Assembly: GCA_963674705.1 (NCBI GenBank)
Contig: OY771506.1
Span: 3,072,001 to 3,136,000 of the forward strand
Direction of reading: 5' to 3'
Origin: Phycisphaeraceae bacterium
GTDB taxonomy: Bacteria > Planctomycetota > Phycisphaerae > Phycisphaerales > Phycisphaeraceae
Length of the DNA: 64,000 nucleotides
Shown here: positions 26,372 to 37,600 of the stretch, piece after piece
Position numbering within the stretch: the first letter of the stretch is position 1
Layout: each line of letters starts with the position of its first letter
Made by a program: the position numbers and the translations under genes
The notes under the pieces: model-generated
What the model saw: only the letters and a program-made list of their open reading frames with translations
Told to the model about the DNA's origin: nothing
Database searches by the model: none

Positions 26372-28384
26372 ATGGCAGATACCAGCCTACTTTCCAGGAT
26401 TCCGCTTCGTATCAGCGTTCCGTTGATGCTGGTTACCCCTGTCCTGCTGGTGGCGGTGGTCCTTACCCTTATTGCTTACGTCCAAGGCAGCGCGACGGCA
26501 CGCGAACTGACACGCGGGAACCTGGACCAGATTCACAAGCGGATCGAGGCCCATGTGGATGGGTTGCTGGATACCCCCGCAACCGCCGTCGCGATGAACA
26601 AGGCGTTGATCGAGCAGGGGCGTCTGCCGATAGACGACCTGCCGGCCTGGCGCGACACGATCATTTCCCAATTCCACGCCCAGCCTATCCTCAGCTCGAT
26701 CGTTTTCGGCTCAGCTGACGGCCGGGCAACCTGGGTATGCAGATATGAGGGGGATGACCTACACACTTACTATGCGGTGAATCCACCGGGGGACAACACG
26801 CAACTTGCGGAATACCGCATAAACGCCAAGGCAGAATCCTCCACGCAGCCCACCAACACTTTTCCGTACGACCCGCGTATCCGTCCCTGGTACAAGGCTC
26901 CGACCGAGGCGGGTAAAGCGACATGGTGCGAGCCATTTGTCTTCGTCGGTGGGGCTGACGCGGAATCGGTGACACTCGGCATCAGTTATGCAGAGCCCCT
27001 GTTTGATTCGCAGGGCAAGCAACTTGGCGTGGTCGACGCCGACTTGAGCTTAAACGATATATCGCATTACCTGGCACGCCTGAAGATCGGTGAATGGGGG
27101 CAGGTCTATATCACCGATTGCGATGGGTTGATCATCGGGTCCTCTATGGGGGCAAAGCTGGCGGATGATTCAGGGGAACGGATATCTGCGACTAAATCGG
27201 AGCACGCCTGGGTGCGTGTATCAGCGGACCATATCGGCCACGCGTTCAAGTCATTGCATAGCATTCAATCGCGTTACGAAAAAACAATTGATATCGAAGG
27301 GCATCGCTTCCTGCTGGTGTGTTCGCCTTATGAACATCCGACCGGCATCAGTTGGATGATCGTGACACTGGTCCCGGAATCCGACTTCCTTGCGGGCGTG
27401 CAGGCAGCCAGGCAAAGAGGTCTGATTATTGCTGTGGTCGCCTCATTATTAACGCTGCTGCTCGGGATAGCCGCTGCGATGTGGATGGTTCGGCCGATGA
27501 TGCAATTGAACCAGCATGTCAGGCGGATCGGCGAAGGTGATCTCGATCAGGAGATCCATCTCAACCAATCGCCCGAATTGATCAAGCTTTCCAACGAGAT
27601 CAACGAGATGACGGCCGGGCTCAGGGACAGGATGCGGATGCGGCATTCACTGGCGGTCGCGATGGATGTTCAGCAGGCATTACTCCCGGATGGTTCGCCC
27701 AAGGTCAAGGGTGTGGACATCGCGGGGCACAGCACGTATTGCGATGAGACCGGCGGCGACTACTACGACTTCCTTGATATCACGGGCTTGGAAGAATCCT
27801 CTGTGTGCGTAGCGCTCGGTGACGTGATGGGCCACGGCGTGGCGGCGGCGATGCTCATGGCTACCGCGCGAGGCATCCTACGCAGTCATAGCAGCGAGCC
27901 CCGCTCGCTTGCAGACCTGCTTTGTCATCTCAACGAATTACTCGTGCCGGACACCGGCGGCAAGCGTTTCATGACCATGCTGCTGGCGACACTGGATGCT
28001 AAAAACCGCGTATTACGCTGGGCTTCTGCGGGGCATGAACCGCCTTTCTATTACGATCCGCAATCCGGGACCTATCACGAGTTGGATGGTTCGGGTCTGC
28101 CGCTTGGCATCATGCAGGAGGAGGTGTACGAGGAGTACACCTTTGACGACGTACGTGAAGGGCAGGTGTTCTTCATGGCGACGGACGGCGTATGGGAAAT
28201 GCAGAACCCGGATGGCGAGCAGTTCGGTAAACAGCGCGTGCGTGAATTGATTGAAAGCCATCACACTGAATCCGCCGAGCAGATCAGCCGTCACATCCGG
28301 GATGCACTGATTGCTTTCCGTGGAGACGATTCACGTGATGACGATGTGACATTCGTTATCCTGCGCGTGATGTCGGTCGGGTAG
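26372..28384 (+). CDS. Membrane sensor PP2C/SpoIIE (RsbU-like) phosphatase with Cache and HAMP domains
   Basis: Two TMs, YDPRIRPWY Cache motif, HAMP, GGDYYDF, GDVMGHG, TDG and DDVT. Confidence 0.93.
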   Translation: MADTSLLSRIPLRISVPLMLVTPVLLVAVVLTLIAYVQGSATARELTRGNLDQIHKRIEAHVDGLLDTPATAVAMNKALIEQGRLPIDDLPAWRDTIISQFHAQPILSSIVFGSADGRATWVCRYEGDDLHTYYAVNPPGDNTQLAEYRINAKAESSTQPTNTFPYDPRIRPWYKAPTEAGKATWCEPFVFVGGADAESVTLGISYAEPLFDSQGKQLGVVDADLSLNDISHYLARLKIGEWGQVYITDCDGLIIGSSMGAKLADDSGERISATKSEHAWVRVSADHIGHAFKSLHSIQSRYEKTIDIEGHRFLLVCSPYEHPTGISWMIVTLVPESDFLAGVQAARQRGLIIAVVASLLTLLLGIAAAMWMVRPMMQLNQHVRRIGEGDLDQEIHLNQSPELIKLSNEINEMTAGLRDRMRMRHSLAVAMDVQQALLPDGSPKVKGVDIAGHSTYCDETGGDYYDFLDITGLEESSVCVALGDVMGHGVAAAMLMATARGILRSHSSEPRSLADLLCHLNELLVPDTGGKRFMTMLLATLDAKNRVLRWASAGHEPPFYYDPQSGTYHELDGSGLPLGIMQEEVYEEYTFDDVREGQVFFMATDGVWEMQNPDGEQFGKQRVRELIESHHTESAEQISRHIRDALIAFRGDDSRDDDVTFVILRVMSVG

Positions 28385-28416
28385 GGGGGCACATTCATCA
28401 TCATGAACAAAATGAA

Positions 28417-28444
28417 AAGCCGGCGAACCCATGTCCGCCGGCTT
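28417..28444 (-). terminator. Terminator between convergent genes (possibly bidirectional)
   Basis: AAGCCGGCG...CGCCGGCTT stem, A-rich on its left side. Confidence 0.65.
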
Positions 28445-28477
28445 GGTATGAATACACAACCCCGAAGGGCGTGACTA

Positions 28478-31400
28478 TTACGAGGCGTGACGACGTCGCA
28501 GTAAGGCCAATCCGCCCAGACCCAAAAGTGCAACACCTGTCGGCTCGGGCACAGCTACCTGCGGCGGTGTGCCGGTGTTCCAATACGCCAGAACGACGTC
28601 CAGATCGTCCAGTCCCACAAAGCCATCACCGCTTGCATCACCCTGTGTCCAGGAACCGGCGTTGACGCTCATATTCCACTGGTTCAGGACGATATCCAGG
28701 TCGCCCAGCCCGACAAAGCCGTCGTGATCCAGATCGCCTAGCAATCCTGCAGCGATGGTGACGTTATCTACGCCGTATTGCACATCCAGACCGAGGCCGG
28801 TTAACGACGGCAAAGTCACCTCGTCAAAACCACCAACCACGCTTGCAGCACTGATGATCTGGAAGCTATCTCCGGCAGAAAGAACCAACGCATCATCAAC
28901 CGTCAACGCAAGCGTGCCGCCGAGATTCGCGGCGCCGGTTGCTGTGACTGCCGGGTCTGTTGTGACCGGGATCGTGTCGAACGTGACAGCTAATGCACCG
29001 TCGGTCTGGTTGTAGCTGCCCGCAGCCAGGCCCGCGGTTGAACCCGACCCGACCAAAGCAGCGCCATCGGTGACATTGAACTTACCGACGGTTCCCATAT
29101 CGAGCCGATCGACGACGACAATGCCGTCGGTATCGACGACCACGATGCCGTCACCCAGGCCGAATGAAAGCTCATCGACATCGAGCACGCCATCCGCACT
29201 CACATTTAATCGGCCGACAGATCCAGCAGTGGACGCGATACGAGCGCTTGGGCCTGCGAGCGTACCATTGATGACGGTCAGGTCGGCGTTGTCCGTTGCG
29301 TCCTGGCCGACGACGATCGCGGTTGTCGCGTTTTGTGCGGCGTTGGTGTAGGTGAAGCCGCCGAGGTCGTATGTCACGGTATCGATCTTGATGACCGCGC
29401 TATCCGTCGCCACGTTCGTACCGAACTGCACGGTGTAGCCCACCGCACTGCCGAGGTTCCAGATCGCCGAGTCCGAACCTAATGGCACGAAGCCGTCGCT
29501 CCAGTTAGAGCTGACGTTAAAGTCACCACCCAGGTTGTTCGACCACTGGAAGTCCAGCGGCACCAGTTGCAGGTAACCATCGTCATACGCGATACGTAAT
29601 TCACCCACGCCGAACAAACTATTCAGATGCACCATGGAGGATGTCAACGCATCGTAAGCATAGACATTGATGCCGTTGAGGATCAGTGCCGAATCGTTGA
29701 GGATGCGTAAACCATCGGGGCCGCCCAGGCCGTAAAGATACAACGCTTCGGTCCCTGAACTGCCGCGGTTGCCGTTATCGATGGCGTCGATCAGGTCCAC
29801 ACTCGTGCGTTGTGTGGTCTGCCCGATCACGAGCTGGCCGATACCGAAGTTCCCGGCGGAAGAACCGGTTACGCTCAAATCTTCACCACCGACTTCCAGT
29901 AGCTGCCCACCGGTACCATCCATCCGTACAACGCCGGCATCAAGCACAACGTAAGACTCGGTTGTTTGCTCGAAACTGAAGTCCTCACCGATGTGAAGTT
30001 CAGCACTATTGGATACGGAAAGTGTTGAGTTGGGGCCAAGCTTCAACGAACCGGCAACGTCAAGCGTGCTGTCCAGGTCGGTCGCCGACAGGTTGGCATC
30101 AATATTCACCAACGAGCCAAACTTGATTGTGCCGCCTGTATTCGCCACGAAACGTGTGTTATTCGTTTCGGTGGTCAGGCTGGACAGGTCAAGTGTGCCA
30201 TAGGTCTGTGCGGTGAACTCGAGATAATCGGTGCTACGAGCACCCGCCACAGAAACCAGCCCCGACAAATCAAGTTCGCCATAATCACGGGCGGCGATGG
30301 TATAGACGGGTGAACCCCCCAGGTCCTGGTAGAAGTCCATGGTCTGGATACTCGATAAATCCAACCGCGTACCCGTACCCGTTGCACTGAAGAAGTCACC
30401 TGTGCTGTAGTGTCCAAGCGCATCGTAGCTGCTGGCGGTGATGCTCAGAGACTGGCCACCGTTGAGATTGATCCATGAGCCATCGATGTTGGCCAGCGTA
30501 CCAAGGTTGAGTGTCTGGTTGGCCCCCAGCGAAATCTGTGTACGCTTGATCGTATCGAGATTGGGCGCGTTGATCGTGCCCCCATCCGGCGCGGCAAGCG
30601 TTGAAGTGAATGAACTGCCCGCGCCATCCGCGCTGACCAGCGAAGGCAGATCAAGCGTCTGACCGGCCGCCAACTCAAAGACGTAGCCGCCCTCAATGGT
30701 GGTCAGTTTTGGCAGGTTCAATGTCGTCCCATCAGATGTGAAACGCACATTGCGATAACCCGTGACGGATTCAAGATTGGATATATCCAGCGTGCCACCG
30801 GTTGATGCTTCGAAGCGGACGGAATCACCATACCGTCCACCGATCACCGTCTCCAGCCCGGATAGGTCCAACTCGCCGCCATCACGTGCAGCAATGGCGA
30901 AGATCGGTGAACCACTAGAATCCTGATCGAAGTCGATACTCTTGATGCTTGACATATCCAACAGAGTTCCTGTTCCGGTTGCGCTGAATACATCGCCTTC
31001 CCCGAAGTAATCCAGGGAGTCATAGCTTGTTGCAGTGACCGAGGTAAATGTTTCGCCTCCGCTGATATGGAAACGCGAGCCATCGATCGTGGCAAGCGAG
31101 CCTGTCGTCAACGTCTGACCGGCTTCAACCGTGACCATCGTGCGGGTAACGGATACAAGATTGGGTGCATTGATGGTACCACTATCCGGCGGCGCTAATT
31201 CACCAGTCAGGCTGCTGCCTTGGCCGTTGATTGTGGTCAGGGCCGGCAAATCCAAAGTCTGACCCGCCGCCAACTCGAAGAATACCGCCGAGTCGATCGT
31301 CTGAAGTTCTGGCAGATTCAGGGCTGTGCCATCCGAGGTGAACCGCACATTACGGTTACCCGTGATGGATTGCAGGTTGGAGATATCCAGCGTCCCACCG

Positions 31401-33346
31401 GTCATCACTTCCAGGCGAACCGAGTCACCATAACGCCCGCCAACAATATTCGTCACACCCGACAGATCTACGTGACCGTTATCCCTTGCAGCGATGGCGT
31501 AGATCGGGCTGCCACCCTTATCCTGGTCGAAGTTCATGCTGGTCAAGGTCGACAAATTGAGAACAGACCCTGTGCCGGTCGCGGTGAAGAAGTCACTGCC
31601 GCCGTAGAAGTCCGATGAGTCGTAGCTGGTGGCTGTCACAGCGTTGAACACCACGCCACCACTGACGTAGATACGCGAGCCGTCGATATTACCGAGACTG
31701 CCGATATTCAGCGTCTGCCCCGCGCCAAGCGTCAGTGTGCCTTGTGTAAAGCTGTTTAATGAAGGCAGGTTGACCGTGCCGCCGACTTCGATGGAGATAT
31801 CAACATCATCCATCTGTGTCAGGTTGTTGGCCGAGATGCTTCCGCTTGCAGGTGCTTTGAAGGTCGACTCATAGCTGCTGCCCGTGCCGTCGAAGTTTAT
31901 TAACGACGGCAGGTCAAGTGACTGGCCCGTAGCTAATTCAAACGTCACCGCCGACTCGATCGTCGCAAGACTGGGCAGCGCAAACGCGGTCCCGTCCGAA
32001 GTGAATCGCACGTTACGTGATCCGGTGATCGAAGCCAGATTCGTCAGTGGGATCGATCCGCCGTTAGTGACACTGAACTGGAGTGTGTCACCATACAAAC
32101 CACCAATGATATTGGTCAGCCCGGACAGGTCCACCACGCCGCCGTCACGCGCCGCGATCGTGTAGACCGGTGAGCCACCTTTATCCTGATTAAAGTCGAG
32201 ACTCGTCAAACTCGACAGATTGAGGACCGAGCCGGCCCCTTCTGCTGTGAAGAAGTCGCCACCGCTGAAGTAATCGAGCGTGTCATAGGTTGCGGCCGTG
32301 ACGCCGTTGAAAACGTGACCGCCGCTGATGAAAATGCGTGAGCCGTCGATGTCGCTCAGGGACCCGGTCGTCAGTGTCTGACCTGCGCCCACCGATAGCG
32401 TGGTGCGCTGCATCGTGGTCAACGAAGGCATATTCAAGGCACCGCTGTCTGGCGGAGCCAGTTCGGTTGTATAGCTTTGGCCTGCACCATCGACACTGGT
32501 AAGTGACGGCAGGTCGATCGTCATGCCGTTGGTATACTCAAAAAGTACCCCGGCGGAAATGGTTTGAAGTGCCGGTAGATTCAGAGCGGTTCCGTCTGTT
32601 GTAAACCGCACATCCCTAGACCCCGTGATCGAATTCAGGCTCGAAAGGTCAAGCGTTCCACCAGTTGCGACCTCGAATCGGAGTGTATCGCCATAACGCG
32701 CGCCGACGACATTAGTGAGTCCCGAAAGATCGAGCGTTGCACCATTGCGAGCCGCGATCGATGTGATCGGAGAACCGTTCGAATCTTTGTCATTGTTGAT
32801 CGTCAGAATGCTGGATAGATCGAGCATTGTTCCGGGATCAGTCGCTGAGATCAGGTCACCGCTGGCCAGACTTGTGTTGGTATAGGATGCTGCATTGACC
32901 ACCACGGTTGCGCCGCCTGATGCAATGATGCGTGACGCCGTACCTGAGAGCTGTGATGCCGCGGAACTGGCGGTGAATGTCCCGTTGCTGGTGGTCAGCA
33001 AACCCGCGATATTCGCCGAATCGGTTACCGCCAGATCGCGCCCCGGATTAACCGTCAGCGTCGCCCCCGATCCGAGCGTCAACTGGTACACCGTGTTCCC
33101 AACCGTCGGCACATCGAATGTCACCGACTTACTTGCCGGGATGTTGACAACGTATGTGTCAACCAGCGTATCGATCGGCACGACACCGATATCCCAGTTC
33201 AGGGGATCGTTGTAACTCACCCCATCCCCGCCTCCGGTCCAGTTGGCGTTGAATACCGCCGCCGAAGCCTGTGAACAGATCAGGCTGGCACCCAATAGAA
33301 GACAAGCGCACGAACCGCTACGTAACGTCCTTGGTCGGCCGTTCAT
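28478..33346 (-). CDS. Giant repeat-containing surface protein with dockerin-like module and PEP-CTERM
   Basis: Signal peptide, five ~200-aa repeats rich in L.LP.L/LDLS.L motifs, dockerin-like pair and VPEP-TM-RRR tail. Confidence 0.9.
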   Translation of the reverse strand: MNGRPRTLRSGSCACLLLGASLICSQASAAVFNANWTGGGDGVSYNDPLNWDIGVVPIDTLVDTYVVNIPASKSVTFDVPTVGNTVYQLTLGSGATLTVNPGRDLAVTDSANIAGLLTTSNGTFTASSAASQLSGTASRIIASGGATVVVNAASYTNTSLASGDLISATDPGTMLDLSSILTINNDKDSNGSPITSIAARNGATLDLSGLTNVVGARYGDTLRFEVATGGTLDLSSLNSITGSRDVRFTTDGTALNLPALQTISAGVLFEYTNGMTIDLPSLTSVDGAGQSYTTELAPPDSGALNMPSLTTMQRTTLSVGAGQTLTTGSLSDIDGSRIFISGGHVFNGVTAATYDTLDYFSGGDFFTAEGAGSVLNLSSLTSLDFNQDKGGSPVYTIAARDGGVVDLSGLTNIIGGLYGDTLQFSVTNGGSIPLTNLASITGSRNVRFTSDGTAFALPSLATIESAVTFELATGQSLDLPSLINFDGTGSSYESTFKAPASGSISANNLTQMDDVDISIEVGGTVNLPSLNSFTQGTLTLGAGQTLNIGSLGNIDGSRIYVSGGVVFNAVTATSYDSSDFYGGSDFFTATGTGSVLNLSTLTSMNFDQDKGGSPIYAIAARDNGHVDLSGVTNIVGGRYGDSVRLEVMTGGTLDISNLQSITGNRNVRFTSDGTALNLPELQTIDSAVFFELAAGQTLDLPALTTINGQGSSLTGELAPPDSGTINAPNLVSVTRTMVTVEAGQTLTTGSLATIDGSRFHISGGETFTSVTATSYDSLDYFGEGDVFSATGTGTLLDMSSIKSIDFDQDSSGSPIFAIAARDGGELDLSGLETVIGGRYGDSVRFEASTGGTLDISNLESVTGYRNVRFTSDGTTLNLPKLTTIEGGYVFELAAGQTLDLPSLVSADGAGSSFTSTLAAPDGGTINAPNLDTIKRTQISLGANQTLNLGTLANIDGSWINLNGGQSLSITASSYDALGHYSTGDFFSATGTGTRLDLSSIQTMDFYQDLGGSPVYTIAARDYGELDLSGLVSVAGARSTDYLEFTAQTYGTLDLSSLTTETNNTRFVANTGGTIKFGSLVNIDANLSATDLDSTLDVAGSLKLGPNSTLSVSNSAELHIGEDFSFEQTTESYVVLDAGVVRMDGTGGQLLEVGGEDLSVTGSSAGNFGIGQLVIGQTTQRTSVDLIDAIDNGNRGSSGTEALYLYGLGGPDGLRILNDSALILNGINVYAYDALTSSMVHLNSLFGVGELRIAYDDGYLQLVPLDFQWSNNLGGDFNVSSNWSDGFVPLGSDSAIWNLGSAVGYTVQFGTNVATDSAVIKIDTVTYDLGGFTYTNAAQNATTAIVVGQDATDNADLTVINGTLAGPSARIASTAGSVGRLNVSADGVLDVDELSFGLGDGIVVVDTDGIVVVDRLDMGTVGKFNVTDGAALVGSGSTAGLAAGSYNQTDGALAVTFDTIPVTTDPAVTATGAANLGGTLALTVDDALVLSAGDSFQIISAASVVGGFDEVTLPSLTGLGLDVQYGVDNVTIAAGLLGDLDHDGFVGLGDLDIVLNQWNMSVNAGSWTQGDASGDGFVGLDDLDVVLAYWNTGTPPQVAVPEPTGVALLGLGGLALLRRRHAS

Positions 33347-33851
33347 CGTTGTAATCCTCCTTCTCCAAGCGATGAGTTGTGAATAGCACGTTGAATGTCA
33401 ACCGCCTCGATAGGTGGCGGCCAGATGATGCTCTATGGTCAGAAAGGCTGATATTCAATCCGACTGATTGGCCTCCCCCCACCGACGACATAAAAAGACT
33501 CAAAAGGTGTGAAACGTCTATCAATGTACTCAATGCATGGACAGAAGCCAAGCGCATTGAGCCAAACTGTCCGATAATAAATGGTTTATGAGATACTGGG
33601 ACATGCTTTTTGTGCAGATTCGCGATTCGATCTTGTGATTGAGCAGCAGTATTCGTCAATGGTGTTGCTGAGAGTTCAGATTAATAGCCGAGGCTTCATA
33701 ACACCCTTTTTGAACAATAATAACGATCAGCGATGAGGATACAGACCTTTATCCGGTAAGCGTTTTATCAAACAACACTGCACGGTCGCCTCGTGATAGC
33801 ATCATGAGGTACAGCAGATGGGCCCGCAGTTAGAAATCTGTCAGATTCGCC

Positions 33852-33878
33852 CAGACGCCTAAGCCCTTCGTGCGTCTA
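33852..33878 (+). promoter_or_regulatory. Candidate ECF-type autoregulatory promoter
   Basis: CAGAC-N16-CGTCTA about 30 nt upstream of the ECF sigma start. Confidence 0.3.
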
Positions 33879-33910
33879 CATTCACGGACAAGGACAGCAC
33901 GGCTCAAGAC

Positions 33911-34582
33911 ATGACAGACACCCAGCCGGATTACGCTGAAGATGGTGACGCCGTTATGCGGGTCGGGGCTGTCAGCGCTTCCGGTGGTCCGGCGGAAAGC
34001 TCCGGGGATTTGCACTTGACCGGCAGCGTTGATGCTGTTGAGAAAATAACGGAGTTCGACACGATCGTCGCCGACCACGAGTCGGCCCTGCTGCGCTACG
34101 CGCGGCACCAGTTAGGCAAAGGCTTTGAAGGCAGGCACCACGATGCACAAGACATTGTCCAGGAAGCATTGCTGCGTCTGCACAGGCAATGGAAGCAGGA
34201 CGGCCTGGCGAGCCTGCAGAACATCCGTGCCTGGCTGATGCGCGTCACGCACAACCTGGTCGTGGATGCAATCCGAAAACGCAGCCGGCAACGCGAAGCC
34301 AGGCTCCGGCTGCACCAGGACGCCGTTGAAACGAGCGCTGATTTGAGCAGCAACGCCAACAGCCTGGAAACCATGGAAAGCCACGAAGCGAAGGACCACG
34401 CGCTTCGGCTGATGCACGACCTGCCCGACACCCAGCAACGCGTCCTGATGCTAAGGCTCAACGACCTGACGGTACGTGAAATCGCAGAGGTATTGAACAT
34501 GAGCCCGGGGAACGTCGGCTACCACATGAACCAGGCGATGATGACCCTCACCCGGCAGATGAAACAGGCCGGGCTCGTATGA
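33911..34582 (+). CDS. ECF-family RNA polymerase sigma factor
   Basis: DAQDIVQEALLRL, RAWLMRVTHNLVVD (region 2) and REIAEVLNMSPGNV (region 4.2). Confidence 0.93.
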   Translation: MTDTQPDYAEDGDAVMRVGAVSASGGPAESSGDLHLTGSVDAVEKITEFDTIVADHESALLRYARHQLGKGFEGRHHDAQDIVQEALLRLHRQWKQDGLASLQNIRAWLMRVTHNLVVDAIRKRSRQREARLRLHQDAVETSADLSSNANSLETMESHEAKDHALRLMHDLPDTQQRVLMLRLNDLTVREIAEVLNMSPGNVGYHMNQAMMTLTRQMKQAGLV

Positions 34583-34619
34583 ATGAAATGCCCCGCAACC
34601 GAGGCGGGAGAACCAAACC

Positions 34620-37600
34620 ATGAACCGCGAACAAGCCGAATCACTGCTGGCCCAACTGCTCTTCGACGACCTCGAAGAGCCCGCGCGCTCGCAGTTGCTC
34701 GAATATCTCAAGACCGACCCCGAACTGAGCGAACAACTCGGCGACATGCGCCTGACCGCCAAAGTCCTGCGCGATGCGATGCAGGAAGAAACCGAACCCC
34801 GGCTGGATGCGCAACACAAGGCAGGCCTTCAGAAGCAGATCGAAAATGACCGGAATCGCACAAAGATCAAGGCGATCCTGACGCATCATGTGGGCAATCG
34901 TTGGGTTGCGTATGCCGCGATGATCGTCATCAGTGCTTTGCTGGTTGGCGTGTTTTTGCCGGCTTTAGGGGTTGCCAGGCGTCCCACCAGTCGGGCGACC
35001 AGCGCGTCGGGCGATTTCGCCCTTTCAGAATATGCCGCCGAACCGCACGAACCGATGCAAGCATTTTCCATGCCCTACAAGTCAGAATCAGACATCGCCT
35101 ATGCTGAAGACCAGTCACGTGTTCAGACGGCACACAAGAAGCTGGCTCGCCAGAATGATGAGCTTTCATTCGTGCAACAGCAAGATACACCGTTATTACC
35201 AGGTAGCTTGCGTGTTAACTCGATGACCACTGAGCCAGAAATAACTGAACGCTTCGCCGGCCGGGGCTACGCCTTTGCCCGTGGTTCAGAGACAGCGCCC
35301 GAATCTTCCAATGAATACTTCTATAGCAGTTCGTCCAACCGTGGTGATCTTGCGGCCGAGACTGAAGAGGTTCGCCGCAGGCGTGATGCGCGTTTAAGTC
35401 AAAGTGGCTCCGTGAACCAGACGGATGAAGCCGGCAGAGAAAATCTGGCAGGGGGGTATGTCCTGGGCCGTGAAGTAGCAGGACTGGAATCGCGTAGTGA
35501 ACTCGACATGCTTTCCAATAACGACTTCGCCGAATCCGCAGGCAAACCAATGGGCGGTGTCGCCGGCGGTTATGGTGGCGGTTATGGCGGATACGATATC
35601 AAGGCGGGAGCAGAGTTCCGTGCACTGAATGATGCACCGGATTCCAGCGCATCTCCTGCTACCGCCGGGGAACCAGTTGCGAGCTACATCGGCGATAAAT
35701 GGTATGCCGACGAATCAGGCACAAGCCGCTCCAGCTCTGTAAACAGCCGCGGCTTTGTAAGCGATTTAGAACCGGCCGCTGAACAAAGCAGTTCACTCAC
35801 GCCACACTTTGGCCTGCCGGGCTCGCCTGCTGACACACTCGAGCGACTCCCCCAGCAGCGCGTCGAACTCACTGACGGTGCGTTAGCTTCTGTGGATTCA
35901 CTGGCAACCGGCTCCAGCCCTTCGACGGTCGCGTCCGCAAGAACATCAACGCCCGATCAGGACAACCTGTGGGCGGCCGGCCGTTTAGGTGTCACGCCCG
36001 CGACGAGTGAACCAACAAGCACGACCGGGTTGTCAGGCGAAGCCGTCGCCCTCAACGCGACGGATCGTGAAACCATGGTCCAAGAGAAGCTCCGCATGGC
36101 TTTGGATCTACAAAGAGAGCAGAATTATGACCAGGCTCTTGATGTCTTGAAAGAGGCGGAGTTCCTCAAGCCAAACGATGTGGCGGCCAACGCCATCACC
36201 GAGATGGTTGAGGAAGCTCGTATTGCTACGAATGCCCGCGATGTCTATCGACGCCGTGATCAGGGGATTGCCCGGCAGAAAGACACAGAAGATGCATCAA
36301 TACCCGAGGGGGAAGTACAAGTACTCAACTTTCCCGCAGATTGGCCGCAAATCACCTCCGGAAAGTTGCAAGCTGACAACGCTGATGCGGTCGACTCCTA
36401 TGCCCGTGCTGTACAAGTAGTCCCGGAACGTGTGGCCAAAGGTGTCGAAAAAGTACCTGAAAAATCCGAACAAGAAGTTAAGGCTGACTTTAAACCGGTG
36501 GATGTAGTGGAGGGCGTCATCGTTCTTGGCGATCAACCCGTACCCGCTGAAGAAGCGCCGCCTGCACGCAAGCCGAAGCTGATGCCGGTCAATCCCTGGG
36601 TGATGACCGCCGATGATCGGCTTTCGACCTTCGCGCTCGATGTGGATACCGCATCTTACAACATCGCACGCCGGTATATCCACGATGGGTTCCTCCCGCC
36701 GAAGTACACCGTGCGGATGGAGGAGTTTGTTAATAACTTCGATTACAACTACCCGGCCGGGCAGGGCGACAGCGAAGCGTTCACCGTGCATGCCGAAGCG
36801 GGCCCGTCGCCGTTCGGCCAGGGCACCGTGCTCGTAAAGATCGGCGTGCGTGGCAAAGTCGTCGGCCGCGATCAGGCAAAGCCCGCGAGCCTCGTCTTTG
36901 TCGTTGATACTTCGGGATCGATGGATCGTGACGACCGTTTGCCGTTGGTCCGTAAGAGTCTTGCGATGGTGCTCGATCAGCTTTCACCGCAGGACCGCGT
37001 CTCCATCGTCAGCTACGGCACGAAAGCGAACCTGCTTATCGAAGCAGCGCCCGCCAGCGATAAGCAGCGCATCCTCAATTCTCTGGAAAACCTTCAAACC
37101 GGAGGCTCGACCAACCTGCTCAGCGGCGTCGAACTCGGTTACGAAGTCGCGCAGCGCCAGTTCATCACCAACGGCGTCAACCGCGTGATCCTCAATTCCG
37201 ACGGCGTCGCCAACGTCGGGCCCAGTGAATCGGATGAGTTGATCGATCAGGTTCAGACACTGCGCCGTCAGGGTGTATCGTTCACCAGCGTCGGTTTCGG
37301 CGCAGGCAACTATGACGACAAAATCCTCGAACAACTCGCTAATAAGGGCGACGGCGATTACATGTTCGTCGGTTCGATCGACGAGGCCAAGCGTTTGTTC
37401 GTCGATGACCTTGCCGCCACACGGCCCATCATCGCCTACGACGCCAAGATCCAGGTCGACTTCGATCCCGCGCGTGTGCGTCGCTACCGCTTGATCGGCT
37501 ATGAAAACCGCGATATCGCGGACAAGGACTTCCGCAACGATACGGTCGATGCCGGCGAAGTCGGATCAGGCCAGTCCGCGACCGCACTCTATGAAGTGGA

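Noticed and set aside
33379..33389. GTGAATAGCAC shared with 52299-52309 as a regulon motif
   Set aside because: A single non-palindromic 11-mer match is expected by chance and sits at different distances from the start codons.
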